From NCBI RefSeq assembly GCF_964204645.1, contig NC_134030.1:15314110-15378109 (forward strand): DNA of 64,000 nt. Reading direction: 5' to 3'. The notes under the pieces are model-generated. The model did not search any database, was not told the origin of the DNA, and saw nothing but the letters and a program-made list of their open reading frames with translations. Below, piece by piece: positions 28,001-41,127 of the stretch. The number at the start of each line of letters is the position of its first letter. The first letter of the stretch is position 1. This DNA comes from Tubulanus polymorphus. Taxonomy: Eukaryota; Animalia; Nemertea. The position numbers and the translations under genes are program-made.

Positions 28001-29003
28001 TGTAGTACATTATAGAATGTTAAAGTTTTATCTAAAACAAGGAATGATCCTAAAAAAAGTACATAGATATATTTCATTTAGTCAATCTAAATGGTTAGAA
28101 AAATATATAGATTTTAACACCAAACAGAGAACTGAAGCTAAAACTGATTTCGAGAAAGATTTCTTCAAGTTAATGAACAATGCATTCTATGGTAAGACTT
28201 GTGAAAATATTAGAAATAGAAATGATATTGAGTTAGTAAGTAATGGTAAAAGGATAAGGCATTTACAAACATACCCTAAATTTATAGGTAACAGAATATT
28301 TGATGAAAATTTAGCTGCAGTTAAGATGAGAAGAACATCAATGAAATTTAATAAACCAATTTATGTTGGTGCATCAGTTTTAGAAATAGCAAAGCTATTA
28401 ATGTATAAATTCTATTTTAATGTATTACAACCTCATTTTGGAGAAAAGCATATAGAAATCTTATATTTTGATACTGACAGTTACATATTAAAGATAAAAA
28501 CTAATAACATAACTGATGATTTAAAAACATTAAAACATCATTTTGATTTCAGCAATTATCCTAAAAATCATGAATTGTTCAGCAATGATAATAAAAAAGT
28601 TCCTGGTAAATTCAAAGATGAATTAGGTGGTGAAGAAATGATAGAGTTCATAGGTATTAGATCTAAAATGTATTCATATAGAACTAAAGAACATGAAGCT
28701 AAAAAGTTAAAAGGAATAACCAAAAGTATAGTAGAAAAGAATATTCATTTCAAAGATTACATCAATTGTATTTTCAATGAAGAAGTTAGAAAACATAAAA
28801 TGAGATGTTTAAGATCTGAAGATCATGAAATGTTCATTGAAGAGATAGAGAAGATAAGTCTAAACCCATTTGATGATAAAAGATATATTTTAGATGATGG
28901 AATTCATACAGTTGCTTATGGTTGCAATTTAGATGAATACTTAAAATTTAAAAGAGAAGAAACAAAAGAGAACGCGATAATGAAAAGAATTCTAACGTGT
29001 TAA
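25016..29003 (+). pseudogene. Protein-primed family B DNA polymerase, copy A (disrupted)
   Basis: Fragments carry IFHNLSGYD, LLYIDANNLYGWAM, KLMNNAFYGK, YFDTDS. Confidence 0.93.
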
Positions 29004-29032
29004 TCAAATTTTAATAGAAATATGTATTATAA

Positions 29033-29386
29033 ATGGAGAGTAAACAAGCAAACAGTGAGAACAACAAATTATTTCTAGATAGAATAAAAAATACTTCAAA
29101 TGTCAAATCAGTAGATTATAAATTTAAGAAGTTAAAAGAATTAATAATCCATAAGAAATATCTAATTACAAATATTGATACAATTACCAACAAATATGGA
29201 GATAAATTAGTTATACACTTAGAATATGAAGGATTAAAAGGAAATACATATACATTCAGAACATATTTACCAGATAGATTTCATAGATTATCAAGTGAAG
29301 ATCTAGAATAATTATGTTCTGGAGATTTCTATTTCGTATACAAAGGTAAGAATGAAAAAGGGTATCATGAAATAGATTTCGAATAA
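29033..29386 (+). pseudogene. Small conserved protein, copy A (premature stop at 29311)
   Basis: Homolog of 45073-45426. Confidence 0.8.
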
Positions 29387-29403
29387 GAAAATATGTAAAA
29401 TAA

Positions 29404-32400
29404 ATGGTAGAATTTAAAGAATACAGAATATTTGTTGATTCTAGAAAACTTACAAATTATAAATCTCATAATTTACTAGTACAATTAGATAGAGAATTCA
29501 AGAATTGTGTTGATTTAAAATCAGTTAATATAAGTTTATGTAATTCTTTTTATAATATATCGGATAAAACTTTTGAACAAAGAGGGTTTATGATTTATAT
29601 GCACGACGGTACGAGTAAAGGCAAATGCGACCATGTCGAACGTTATGACGTAGCGCGTCACTATTGGTTAAATTGATTGTTGCGCTAAAAATAGCTTCGA
29701 ATAGCTGGGATTCGAACCGAAACATATCTAAAACGAAATTATACGTGTTTTAGCGTTTAGCTATGTTCCAGTTTTCTCAACTTTCGCCATATTAATTTCC
29801 CAGGGCGGCGCTGAAAACCAGGAAGTAATTTTGTCATTTTGCTGGTTTTGGGCCTCCGAAATCTCAAAGTTTTGGAAGAATTTAAGGTAGAATAGACAGT
29901 TAAGTCATCCAAATACCCAATAGTATTAAAACCCATCTAAAAACGAATCGAATGATACCTTATATGTCTATATGGCTTTGGAAATAAGTGAGATATTCCC
30001 AGTTTCTCGTACTACTTCAAAACTAATTTTATGAGCTAGCGTTTTTACCTTATTAATTTTGATGACTTTTACCCGAATATAATTGGGTTCATTCGAAATC
30101 TGAAAACATACGTAATTAGATCTTGTTCTCCTGTCAATTTTGATATATAGAATGTGTACTCCCTATTACGAGTTGACTTAGAATTTGCGTCATCAAGTTA
30201 GGCCTAATCGTAAACTGCGGACCAAATTCGAAAATTATTGTAATTGGACTAGTGCCACAGTCTATAAAACACATACTGAGACTTATTGAATCCTGAAATG
30301 AAGGACTGTTATGAGAATAATCATTTGGCATAAGGAAATATTGAATTCGTTGCGTAATATGCCTAAACTAGGATTTTCCACGAGAAAGGCTTAAAAGCGC
30401 AGGCAATACCTCAATTTTGGCTCTGACACAGAAATTTGTGTGCAGGTCTTCGGGTGGTGGGGCCATTTTTGTAGGGGATTTCCCTGAAAATTCTGACTAA
30501 TTACTGCGCTGTCACAGTAAACAATTGATTAATACAGACTCGAAAATGTGTGTCTGTCCTGTCCAACAGTGCCGCACCCTTGTTGTGGAAACGGCTAAAG
30601 GGAAATAAATTTGATTGATCTGTTTCTGGTGGAAAACCAGCCTTTGGTTCATTTTCACGCATCTCACATCTAATGTCGAATTCAGTTTTGTTTGAAAGGA
30701 TATCAGGTTGTCTGGCTCAGTTAGTGTTTAGCGTAGGCCTACTAGGGACCTACTAGGGACTATGTATTGGAAGATTGCCAAAAATCTTTGAATTGTTAAT
30801 TTTATTTTAAAGATAATATTTTTTTTTTTTTATAGGATTCGTCAGTTATTTGTCAGACATAGCAGATATTTTATAACCGATTTTTCCCATTCAAATGTAA
30901 GTTGTATCAAGCAGAAATTTGCATTTTTTTTCATATTTATTTGTTTATAACATAATATTGACATTTGTTTATTTCAGGTAGATGGCAAGTAGCGTGCATT
31001 TGGTTCTGATGGTACCCATGGAATTCAGCAGTTGGCCTTCCATATCATATCAATACATTTTACAAATTAGTAACCGCAATTGCTCAAATGGCTTGTTGCA
31101 TTCAAACCTTCTGTCTCATTGTTTTAGGTTGGAAATAAAAGATTGATGTACTTTCAATTTGCTTCTTTTTCTGACTGCGATATATATTACCACGTCTACA
31201 GCTCGTTGAACCCGGGTTTCAAAGTATGCGGGTTCATATAAACCCAGCGTTTGCAGGGCTGCATCTACACTTAATTTAGCTCCAGTAACTGAATCCACAT
31301 CTGGTCTCAGTTTCACAAAAAAGTTAAACTCAAATTTTTGGTGTGATTGCTATTGGGTACTTCATGTTTTGAATGAGGACAACAATTCAAACTTAACCGT
31401 TTTAGGCTTAAACTTTTTCGTGAAACTGGGCCCTGTAGAGTTTTTCGTGAACATAGGTTCAATTCTCAATAGGTTATATAACTCCTTTTTCAAAAACCTG
31501 GCTTTTTGCATTCAACCCGTGTTTCGAGCTTAGTGTAGACGCATAACTTCGGTATAAGATGCAAGTGTAGACGAAGCTTCTCTTATTTTCTTCTGTTAGT
31601 AGGAATGAATAGGAATTCACGACTTCAAGAATACGCATAAGAAAAAGCTCTTTTATATGTTTAGATTTATTCTAACATCAAAGTGAAAAGATGGAAACAA
31701 GTAAAATCTTGACAATCCCCAGTTTAAAGATTCAACTTCATGCCCTTGTACTTGATATCTGCATCACCTAAAGATGAATAAAAGCAAACAAAAAAATCAA
31801 TTGATTGCTGAAAGTTAAATGATTCAATACAGCAGCGATGACTACAGATGATGTATTTACCATTCAGTCAGTGAGGCCTACTCACTTTTTATCATCTCCA
31901 ATCCTGTAAACCTGGCTTATCTAGTCACAAGTTGACCTCTAAATTAGCATTGTTCGGGTTCCTGTAACAGGCTGAACTCTCTAAAAAAAAAACATTGCCT
32001 TTGAAATAGAAAAATTGCATGTGGAAATTTATTTCAAGACTTCATAGTTATGTAAATAAATGACATGAATAGCCTACCGTCTTACGACTCTAAGAGGCCT
32101 AGGCCTACTTTTCGGGTCCATGGAAAAATCATTCGACACTAGTAGATAGGTGGTCTGTCAAAAATGTTTCCTAAAAATAAGATAAGTAGCAGTGAGTACA
32201 CTACCTACAGAATAGATTTTAGATCCTTCCACGCGCGTATCGCGAGACCGCGCGGTGTTGTTTATTTAGAGTATTATGACGTCATAACAACATTCGCGCA
32301 CCTAGATAGTTCACGTGTTTGGTGTCAAGGTCGCTGAGAGTTACGGCTCTGTACCTTCGTGTATGAGAAATAAAGATAAATGGTTTCATATATTTTTAAA

Positions 32401-32923
32401 ACCAGGATTATATAATTTAGAATCATTAGCGCAGGAAATTAATAGAAGAGCTCGGTTGAAAATCGGGGGTACTTCTGTATTTGAAATTAAATTCAATAAA
32501 ATTGATAGTACTAATAAAATAAGAATAAAGATTTCTAATGAACAACATACATTTATGGTAAACGAACCACTGGCTAAAATGTTAGGAATTAAACCGCTTA
32601 CAGTTACTGGAAACGCAGAAGGCATCTCAAATATAATACCTTTTACACACTTTTATATTTATTGCGATTTAATCGATCCTACAAAAACTTTCGAAGCAAC
32701 TAAAGAAACAATTTGTAGTTCTAGTATACTAAATATTTTACCGCTAAAAAATTTTAAACAATTTGGAACACAAATAAATTATAATTTAACAGAATGTGAT
32801 TTTAAACCTTGCATTCCTAAATTTAATAATTTTAAATTAGAAATAAGAAATCATAATGGATATTTAATTGATTTGAATAACTTTCCTGTGATATATGAAT
32901 TAGTTGTAAGATGTAGAGAGTAA
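29404..32923 (+). pseudogene. Minor capsid (penton) gene, copy A, split by a transposon
   Basis: The two halves rejoin to match 45441-46190. Confidence 0.85.
29602..32361. mobile_element. Non-autonomous DNA transposon, Chapaev-like (CAC...GTG ends, 4-bp TSD)
   Basis: TATG|CACGACGGTAC ... GTACCTTCGTG|TATG. The empty site GATTTATATGAGAAAT is present in copies B and C. Confidence 0.85.
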
Positions 32924-32939
32924 TTTTTTCATTATATAA

Positions 32940-35900
32940 ATGAATATAACTGTTGGACCGAGTATATGTGTTGGGTTTGATTTTAAACATGAGAAAAAAA
33001 TGAAATTTAACATTAATGATGTAATTATACATATTAAAAATATTGCATTTTCTAATGAAACAACATTTGAGTATGAAACAACAATAGATAAAGAAACTTT
33101 AAATGTAGAAAAGATTACTAATTTAATAAGAGAATCTTTAGGATTTTATGAATTAGATGAAGATTTTATCATAGATGATATTAAAAACATATTAACCAAA
33201 ATATATGATAATCATAAAAGTAGTAATGAAATAAATGTTGAATTAATCATCACTAAGATAACTAAATATTTTGAAGATAGTAATTTTTTTGATAAATAAA
33301 TGAGTGATAATAAGTGGATAATAACTGGATTATATAATGGAGCATTACTATCAGTTGGAACTGTTGGTTATTCAATGGTATTAAAAAAGGTATTTAAAAT
33401 GGGAAGTGTTAATGTTGATAGATTTGATATCAATGATATTTTAAAATTAACAGCAGTAACTAATCTAATTTAACAATTGATTATTTAGAAAAACAAAAAT
33501 ATATTCCTCCCATATAAATGTTTAATTATTTTACTAAATAAATGGCTTCTGCAGTTATAACTATTATAGGATCGGCAATTGTTAACGCTTTAGCATTTAC
33601 TGGGGACGGCTATTTATTTAAACATATTGATAAAAATGGTTCATTATCAGAACAAAAAAGACATAACTTAGTATTAGAGAAATACAATAAAGCAGCAGAA
33701 GAATATAGAGAAAAGAGACAAAACTATGTGGATTATATTAACAAGGAATTATATGATCAGAAGATTTCACACAGAGATTTTCAATCAGTTGATGATGCAA
33801 TGAGTTTATATAACGCGGTAACAAATAAAGAAAAATTACATCTACATAAACCTACAATATCAGATTATTATACCCCAAGTAATGAACAGAAGAAATATGA
33901 AATAATTTGGATTTTAGGGGGAACAGTTATTGTTATATTTGTTGCTTATAAATTTACTAATTAGTAATTTTTTTTGCTAAATAAATGGAAGATAAAGTTG
34001 ATAATATTGATATTATTCCTCATGATATCAGTAAAACTAAATTAAAAATATATTTAGAAAAACAAATATTAGAATTTGAAAGTGACTTAAAAGTTAAAAA
34101 GAAAAAATATTTAAAAAGTAAAATTATATATTATTTTATGATTAGTGGTTCGGTTACAATTAGTTCTGTAATAACACGTCTAGCAATATTCAGTCCATTA
34201 ACACCTTTAGCTATATCAATTGGTGTGTTAGGATTAAGTTCAAGTGTTTACCGGAATAAGTTCAAAATTAAATATAAAAAGTAATAAAGAAAAAAATTAA
34301 AACTAATATAAAAGAAATTAATAAATTAAAGAATACACTAGATTATATAATGAGTTTAAATGGTAATATTACAGTTGAAGAACAAGATAAATTATTAAAA
34401 GAATTAATAAATTATTAATTTTTTAATTGTATAAATGGCAGTTAGTTTTCCAAAAGCTTTCCAATATAATAAATCAATTAAATATAATATTCCTGCAATA
34501 GATTTCAATAAAGATATTACATATAGAAATGAAGTTTTAAATTCATAAATTGATTTATATATTTATGTTACTGAAAGTAATAATTTTCATGTAAAGATGG
34601 AAAATATATCCAATGTTTATGAAATTAATTTCAAAAATTTAAATGAGGCAAAACTATGGCTATTAAAATCTAATATGAAGTATTGGCAGAACCAATTAAA
34701 TTTTGCTGTTTATTGCGCAACAACAGGATGTGGAATTAGTTGGAATGATCATTTGAATAAACCAAGTTTACCATTGATGTTATCACTTTTTAGATTTCAT
34801 ACTTATTTTCAAATAAAATTAATATTAGATGAATTAGAATGTCCTTTACCAGGTTCAAAATATTTTAAAGAATTGAATAATAATGTTAATTTTTCTAAGT
34901 TTTATAAAATATGTAATGAATTTAATATTAATTCAAATAAAGATTTTAGAGCAGAAATTGGTACAATGGGTGGATTAGGAATATTATATACTACAGAATT
35001 TGGAAAAATAATGACAAATTCAGATATAAGAACACTAAATTGGAATAAATTACCAAAATATTATAATAATATTATACAACAACAAAATAATAATGGTTGG
35101 GTTAATTTCATTTTAGAAAATGGTGAAGGTTTTACAAAATCAGGTATACAAAGAATAAATCAATCTATTAGAACTTATTTGATATGTATTTTAGGTGCAC
35201 AAGTTGAAACAAGATCACCAATAGTTGGAAATGATAACACTTCATTCGATGAGCAGAAACAATTTAAAGTATTATTTGAAGATTCCATTCATAATGATAA
35301 AAATAGATCGATTCCAGAAAACATTGTAAGATATCAAAATTATTTAGATAAATCTCATGTAAGACTAAATTATTGTATAGGCCCTAATCCATAATAAATT
35401 ATTTCTAATGATTTAGTTTTAAAAATGGAAAATATAATTGGTTACAATAATCTAATTAAAACTGCAACAATAAATAATTCATTTGGAATAAATAATATAG
35501 ATAAAAAGATTATTACTGCTCCAAAATTAATGGAAGGTGAAAAAAATAAAAAACATATTCAATCAACAGAAACTAAAACTAAGAATATTAAATTAAATAA
35601 TGATTCTAAAATAAAAGATTACAATACTACAGAAAATATTAAAACTGATAATATTCAACATGAAATAATTAAACTAAATGATGATAATAAATCCCATGAA
35701 AATGCTAAATTAGCTTTTACTTGTATAGGAATTGTAATCGGAGGAATATTATATTTTAAATGTTAATTTTTTTATTATGTAAATGGAAGAAGGTGGAGAA
35801 GATTATGAAATTGGAGAAATGGGAAATAATAATGAAGGGTATATTGATGATGATTATAATGATGCCGAAACTAATATTGATGATGATAATTCATCAGCGC

Positions 35901-37214
35901 GTAATTCTAATTAAGCAGATAGTGGTTCTGAAGGCCCATCAACAGATGAATTTGATAGAAGAACTAGATCGAGAATAAATCCTGAAAATGAAAATCAAGG
36001 TTTATTAAAGCAAAATTTAGAATATAATGAATATATTTATAATTTCAAACATGTATTTGAAAAATCTGGATATAATATCAATGATAGAGGCGCCAGACTT
36101 TTAGTACAAGATTTAAAATATTTTGATGGTGAATATTATTATAATTTGAAAGATGATTATTATATTGATATATCTTATAAAAAACAAGACAAAATATTAG
36201 CGGAATCAACTTTGCTTAAGTTAGCTATCTAGAATTAACAGAATAAGAAATAGTAATGAAATAGAAGATGTAACACAAGAAGAAATTATCAAAAATGAAA
36301 GAGTATTTAAACAAAGAATTAATAAATTATTTGAAACAATCGATAATAATTTAGAACCAGAAACAACTTCTGGTAAACTTAAATCAAATAAAGTTCCAAT
36401 TGAAAAACTTTTACCAAATGGATTACTTGATGCAACAGATCAAGAATTAGAGGATTTAGATATATTTTCTGATAAAGCAATTAGAGAAATTATTAGTATA
36501 AGACTTGCATCTGATAAAATTGCACATGATAAAAGTATAAGAGTTTTTAAAATAAGAACTTTGGAAAAAGAATTAACTAATGCAAATAAAAAAATAGAAC
36601 AACTAAAGTCTGATTTAGATCATCAAGTAATTGATGAAATAGAATATAGGCAAAAAGAATTACGTTTAGAAAAAGAAAAAGATGATTTAGAATATAACAT
36701 AGAATTACAAAGAGAAGAAATTAAATTATTATTAAAATCATATGATTATAATATTAATAGATTAAAAGTTATTTTTAAAGAGTTAATAATAAAACCAGAT
36801 TCTGAAATATCATTGAATGATAGAATAAAATTATTATTTAAGTTAGAAGGAATAACAATTCTTTCAATTCTAACAGCTGTAACTATGTTATTCACAACAA
36901 TAGGTTTAGCAATATCAAATTCATTTAAATCTACACCTACACCCAATAAACCAGATAAACCCCCGAATGATAATAATTCTATACAAGATAAAGTTAAAGA
37001 TGGTTTAAAGAAATTAGCAAAATATTTATGGGAACTACCTAAAAAATCTGCTGCAGCATTGCCAGGAGTTATTGCATCAATTGTTGCTTTTATATTGAAA
37101 TCTGCAGGAAACATTATTAACTTTGCTGCTGAACATATTATTTTATTTTTAATTACAGTTGTAAGTGCAATTATTTTTGGGTCAGTGAATATGATATCAA
37201 AAGATATCAAGTAA
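32940..37214 (+). pseudogene. Block of six unknown, mostly membrane-protein genes, copy A (starts 32940, 33300, 33542, 33985, 34435, 35783)
   Basis: Colinear with 46207-50579. 32940 and 33542 are intact; the others are broken. Confidence 0.8.
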
Positions 37215-37244
37215 ACATAAATAATTAATTTTTTTGTTAAATAA

Positions 37245-37619
37245 ATGAGTGGGAGTTATATCAATCCTAAGAATCATAGAATATCTAATGCTATTAAAGC
37301 AGAAAGATCGCATCATATAATTACTCATAACCCTTCTAATATTAATCCTGATGAAACTTTATATGTTAGAATTCCTCGATTAACACAAAATACTTTTTAT
37401 GTTCCAAATAGTATTTATTTATCAGCCGATATAAAAGTAACCGGTAATAATAATAATTATGTTGTTGATAATGTTGGAAGATATTTGATTAAAAAATTAA
37501 CAATAAAGATTGGTCCAGAAACGGTCTTCTCATTAGATGATTATAATTTATTTATGCATTATAAAGATTTATGGTTAACTAATGAAAATAGAAATAATAT
37601 GATATTTCAAGGAATCCAA
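37245..37619 (+). pseudogene. Major capsid protein 5' fragment, copy A
   Basis: Matches 50646-51024, then homology jumps to the 52868-52960 region. Confidence 0.8.
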
Positions 37620-37731
37620 ATACATAGGTATATAATACATAGGTATATAAATGGTTATTTTATAAATTTATATTCATAGGGAAATTGAAACCTAAGTAAT
37701 AATTTTGAACCTTTATTATTCTTTAATTAAT

Positions 37732-40603
37732 AAGATGTAAGAAATTATATTAATTCATTAGATAATAAAAAAGATATAGAGATAACCGAAGCATTTAAAA
37801 GTGATATTGGCCCAGCAGCTATTGAGTTTAAATTTCATAAAGGAAAAACATTAGAAGAAAATAAAAAACATTTAGAAAATATGAAAAATATTATAAAAAT
37901 AATTACAGATGTTGAATACCCTAAAATAAGTATATCTTCTAAAGTTAAATTCATAAAATCTGAAGATAAACCAATATATAATATAAATTCTCATTCACAA
38001 CATATTATATCTAATCGTTTTAATGAAGTAAAAACTAAAATAGAAGAGAAATATTTTGAAGGATCTGGTTTAATATTTGATGAAATAATATTTATGACTT
38101 TACATGTGTATAACACAAAATATAATAAGTTAACTAAATCAAAACCAATTGATGAAAATAATGTATCATATTATAAAGAACCAGATATTGAAGCATCGAG
38201 TTATATTAAACTACCATTTAAAACTATTGCTGTAATAAATGTACAAAATGAAGTTGATAAATGTTTTCTATGGACAATTATAAGTTGCTTACATCCAACA
38301 GAAGATATTACACATACTTTTAGATTAACACATTATAAACCATTTGAAAATAATTATAAGATAGATAAGTATCCTGTTAGAATTAAAAATATCCCAAAAA
38401 TAGAAAGAGATTTAAGAATAAATGTATTTGATTTAATCAAATTGCCAAATACAAAAGGTAACAATATAAAACATTATACATTAGAACCTTTATACCTATC
38501 AAAAGATTATGATTCAAATGATGTTATAGTTATACTATATTATGAGAATCATTATATGTGGATTAAAAGAATTGATTTATTTTTTAAATCAGAAAATGAT
38601 TTTGATAATAAAATATATCTATGTAGAAAATGTTTACATAAATTCAGAACTGAGAGTGCATTATTAAATCATAAAAAATTATGTGAAAATCATGATTATT
38701 GTAAATTAGTTTTACCAAATGAAAAGGATAAAATATTAGAATTAAAAAAATATGATTACAAAAATAAAGTTCCATTTGTCATATATGGAGATTTTGAATC
38801 ATTAAATAAAGAATTAACTGATCAAGATAGAAAAGAAATATATTATAAAAGAAAGAAATTAAATTCTAATGAAAATGATTTTTCAGATGAACCACCAAAA
38901 ACAAATACAATTAAAAAGATTCATCAATCAGCTGCAGCTTTCGGGTTATATATAAAATCTGGTTATCCAGAACTAATTGAAAGTGAATATTATCATTATA
39001 GAAATGAAAATGTTATCAATCATTGTTGTGACTTATTAATTGAATATGAAATAAGATTTAGTAAATTATTGAATACAAATAAAGAAATTATAATGACAGA
39101 AGAAGATAAAGAAGCATTTGTGTTTACAGGTAAATGTTATTATTGTGAAAAGATATTTAATTATAAAGATAAACAAGAAAATTAATTTTTTAAAATTATT
39201 TGACGCCTGCGAAAAAATGTAGAATTTCTGGGGTAAGCTAATGTGGAATTGCAAATTTGAAATTGAAGTTTTAAGAAATTTGGGAAATTATGAGATTTGG
39301 CGATTGGGTAGATGATACAGGTCTTCGACTCTAGTAGTGGTTTAATTTTTTTTATTGAAAATTCTCAATAATTGGATCGTGTGGCCTAGCCAGCCGGCCC
39401 GGGCCACGGTATTGGCTGTCACTCGATATCCTAGAGTCTTGAGTCTGGGTTTAAGTAGACATTGTCATATAAAATAATATGTTTGTGTTATTCTGTATGA
39501 ACTACCCGTTTGTCATGTATGTTGTATTTTCTTATTTTAAAATTTATATTTATTGAATTTGGGAATTTTATCCCGGAATTTCAATGGAATAAGGATCAAT
39601 AAAGAATTGAATTGAATTGTCACCTAATACACATGCCATCAGAGGACGCGGAGCCGTATATGACAGCTATGCTATTATAAATTGCTAATCTCACGAAACC
39701 TGCATACCCCTAATATCGAACATATTTTCTAAAACATTATATGTTTCCTTATGTTTACACATTTTCATATCGACCACTTGTAGCCGCCGATGAAATTCAC
39801 GCCGGCCCTACACAGATCGTAGATAGCTTCGTCATTCCGCCAGCATCCCCATGTCAGGGTCTGACTTTTGAATCAGACTTCCGCATCGTGTATACATCCG
39901 CCATTTAACCGAATAATCTGATTTACTTATCATTTCTATTTATGCCTGCCGCTTCTGATATAGTCATACATCCATTACTATTACAATACGTCTTCTAATG
40001 ATATTCAATGCAATATAACATTTCGACGTTCAAATATAGGTCATTATATAATCACAGGAAGCCATTCTACATCTATGTCAATTATATTTTGCCAAGTAGC
40101 TTAATTGTGTACACATAGACCTGTGACGTTTTGCATATCGATTTACGGTTGTCGTTTGTAAAATGACGCTGAATGGCTAACATTGTTTAGGTTTCATAAT
40201 GGTAACGTTTTAAAAGGCGTCAAAAAAGTAAGAGACCATGATCATTTGAACGGAAAGTTTAGAGGCACTGCACACGAGAATTGTAACTTACAAGCTAAGA
40301 CAATTAACTTTGCACCAGTTATATTTCATAATCTATCAGGATATGATGCTCATTTATTTATCAAACAGTTATGCCATTAAATAGAAGAAATTAATAATGA
40401 AATAGAAAGATTAAATTCAAATAGATCAAAAGATAAAATACCAACTTATACATTTAAAATGTTAGCTAGAACATCTGAGAATTATATATCATTCCAATTT
40501 GGTTGCCTAAGATTTATAGATTCATATAGATTTTTAAATAGTTCATTAGATAACTTATCAAAATCATTAGTTGATGATGAATTAAAAATATTAAAGCAAC
40601 ACT
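37732..40603 (+). mobile_element. Polinton copy B, left portion (5'-truncated pPolB)
   Basis: pPolB homology restarts at AAGATGTAAGAAATTAT. Interrupted at about 39172 and at 40603. Confidence 0.9.
39172..40224 (-). mobile_element. Helentron/HINE-like insertion in pPolB of copy B
   Basis: Inserted in the A6 run of GATAAAAAAGTAAGA with no clear TSD. Asymmetric sub-TIRs TTTGACGCCT (39199) / AGGCGTCAAA (40215), stem-loop TAATTTT-TT-AAAATTA, minus-strand end CTTGTT. Confidence 0.75.
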
Positions 40604-41127
40604 AGTAATAGGGGTAATGGGCTTTCATACCAAAGGTCGAACGGTCGAGCCCATTAAAAAACAAAACATTAAAAGTAATTAAAAACTATAATATATTTTC
40701 ATAACCGCGTGCATTTTATATTAAAACTAAATATTTATTCTAAGATATCAATAATTTACAATACACAAATTCATATAATCAAATATATTCAAATAATAAT
40801 GATTATTCTATTATTCAACTGAAATGCACGCGGTTATGAAAATATATTATAGTTTTAAATTACTTTTAATGTTTTGTTATTAATGAGCTCGACCATTCAA
40901 CCTTTGATATGAAAGCCCATTACCCCTATTACTCTTAAAATATTCATATAAATGAATAACATTTAAATCATTGAACTTCTAAAATCAATTTTAATAAAAA
41001 ATTTATTATTAAAATGGAAGCAAATAAGTACTACTGTCCAACATGTAATATCAACATAGATAAATCCCAAAAAGCAAGACACAATAAAACTAAAACACAT
41101 TTAGAGAATAAATTGAAACTAGAATAT
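40604..41127 (+). repeat. Left TIR of copy C (40604-40933 self-palindromic)
   Basis: Reverse complement of 58422-58946 with a few differences. Confidence 0.96.

Larger units (their letters stand above)
24568..37730 (+). mobile_element. Polinton/Maverick-like endogenous virus, copy A (left end intact, internally deleted)
   Basis: Starts AGTAATAGGGGTAATGGG like copy C. Colinear genes from pPolB to the 5' part of MCP, with many stops and frameshifts. Confidence 0.92.

Noticed and set aside
36746-37210. Antisense ORFs here and at 32386, 47401, 49456, 50107, 52399, 58146 and 58186
   Set aside because: Shadows of AT-rich viral genes on the opposite strand.
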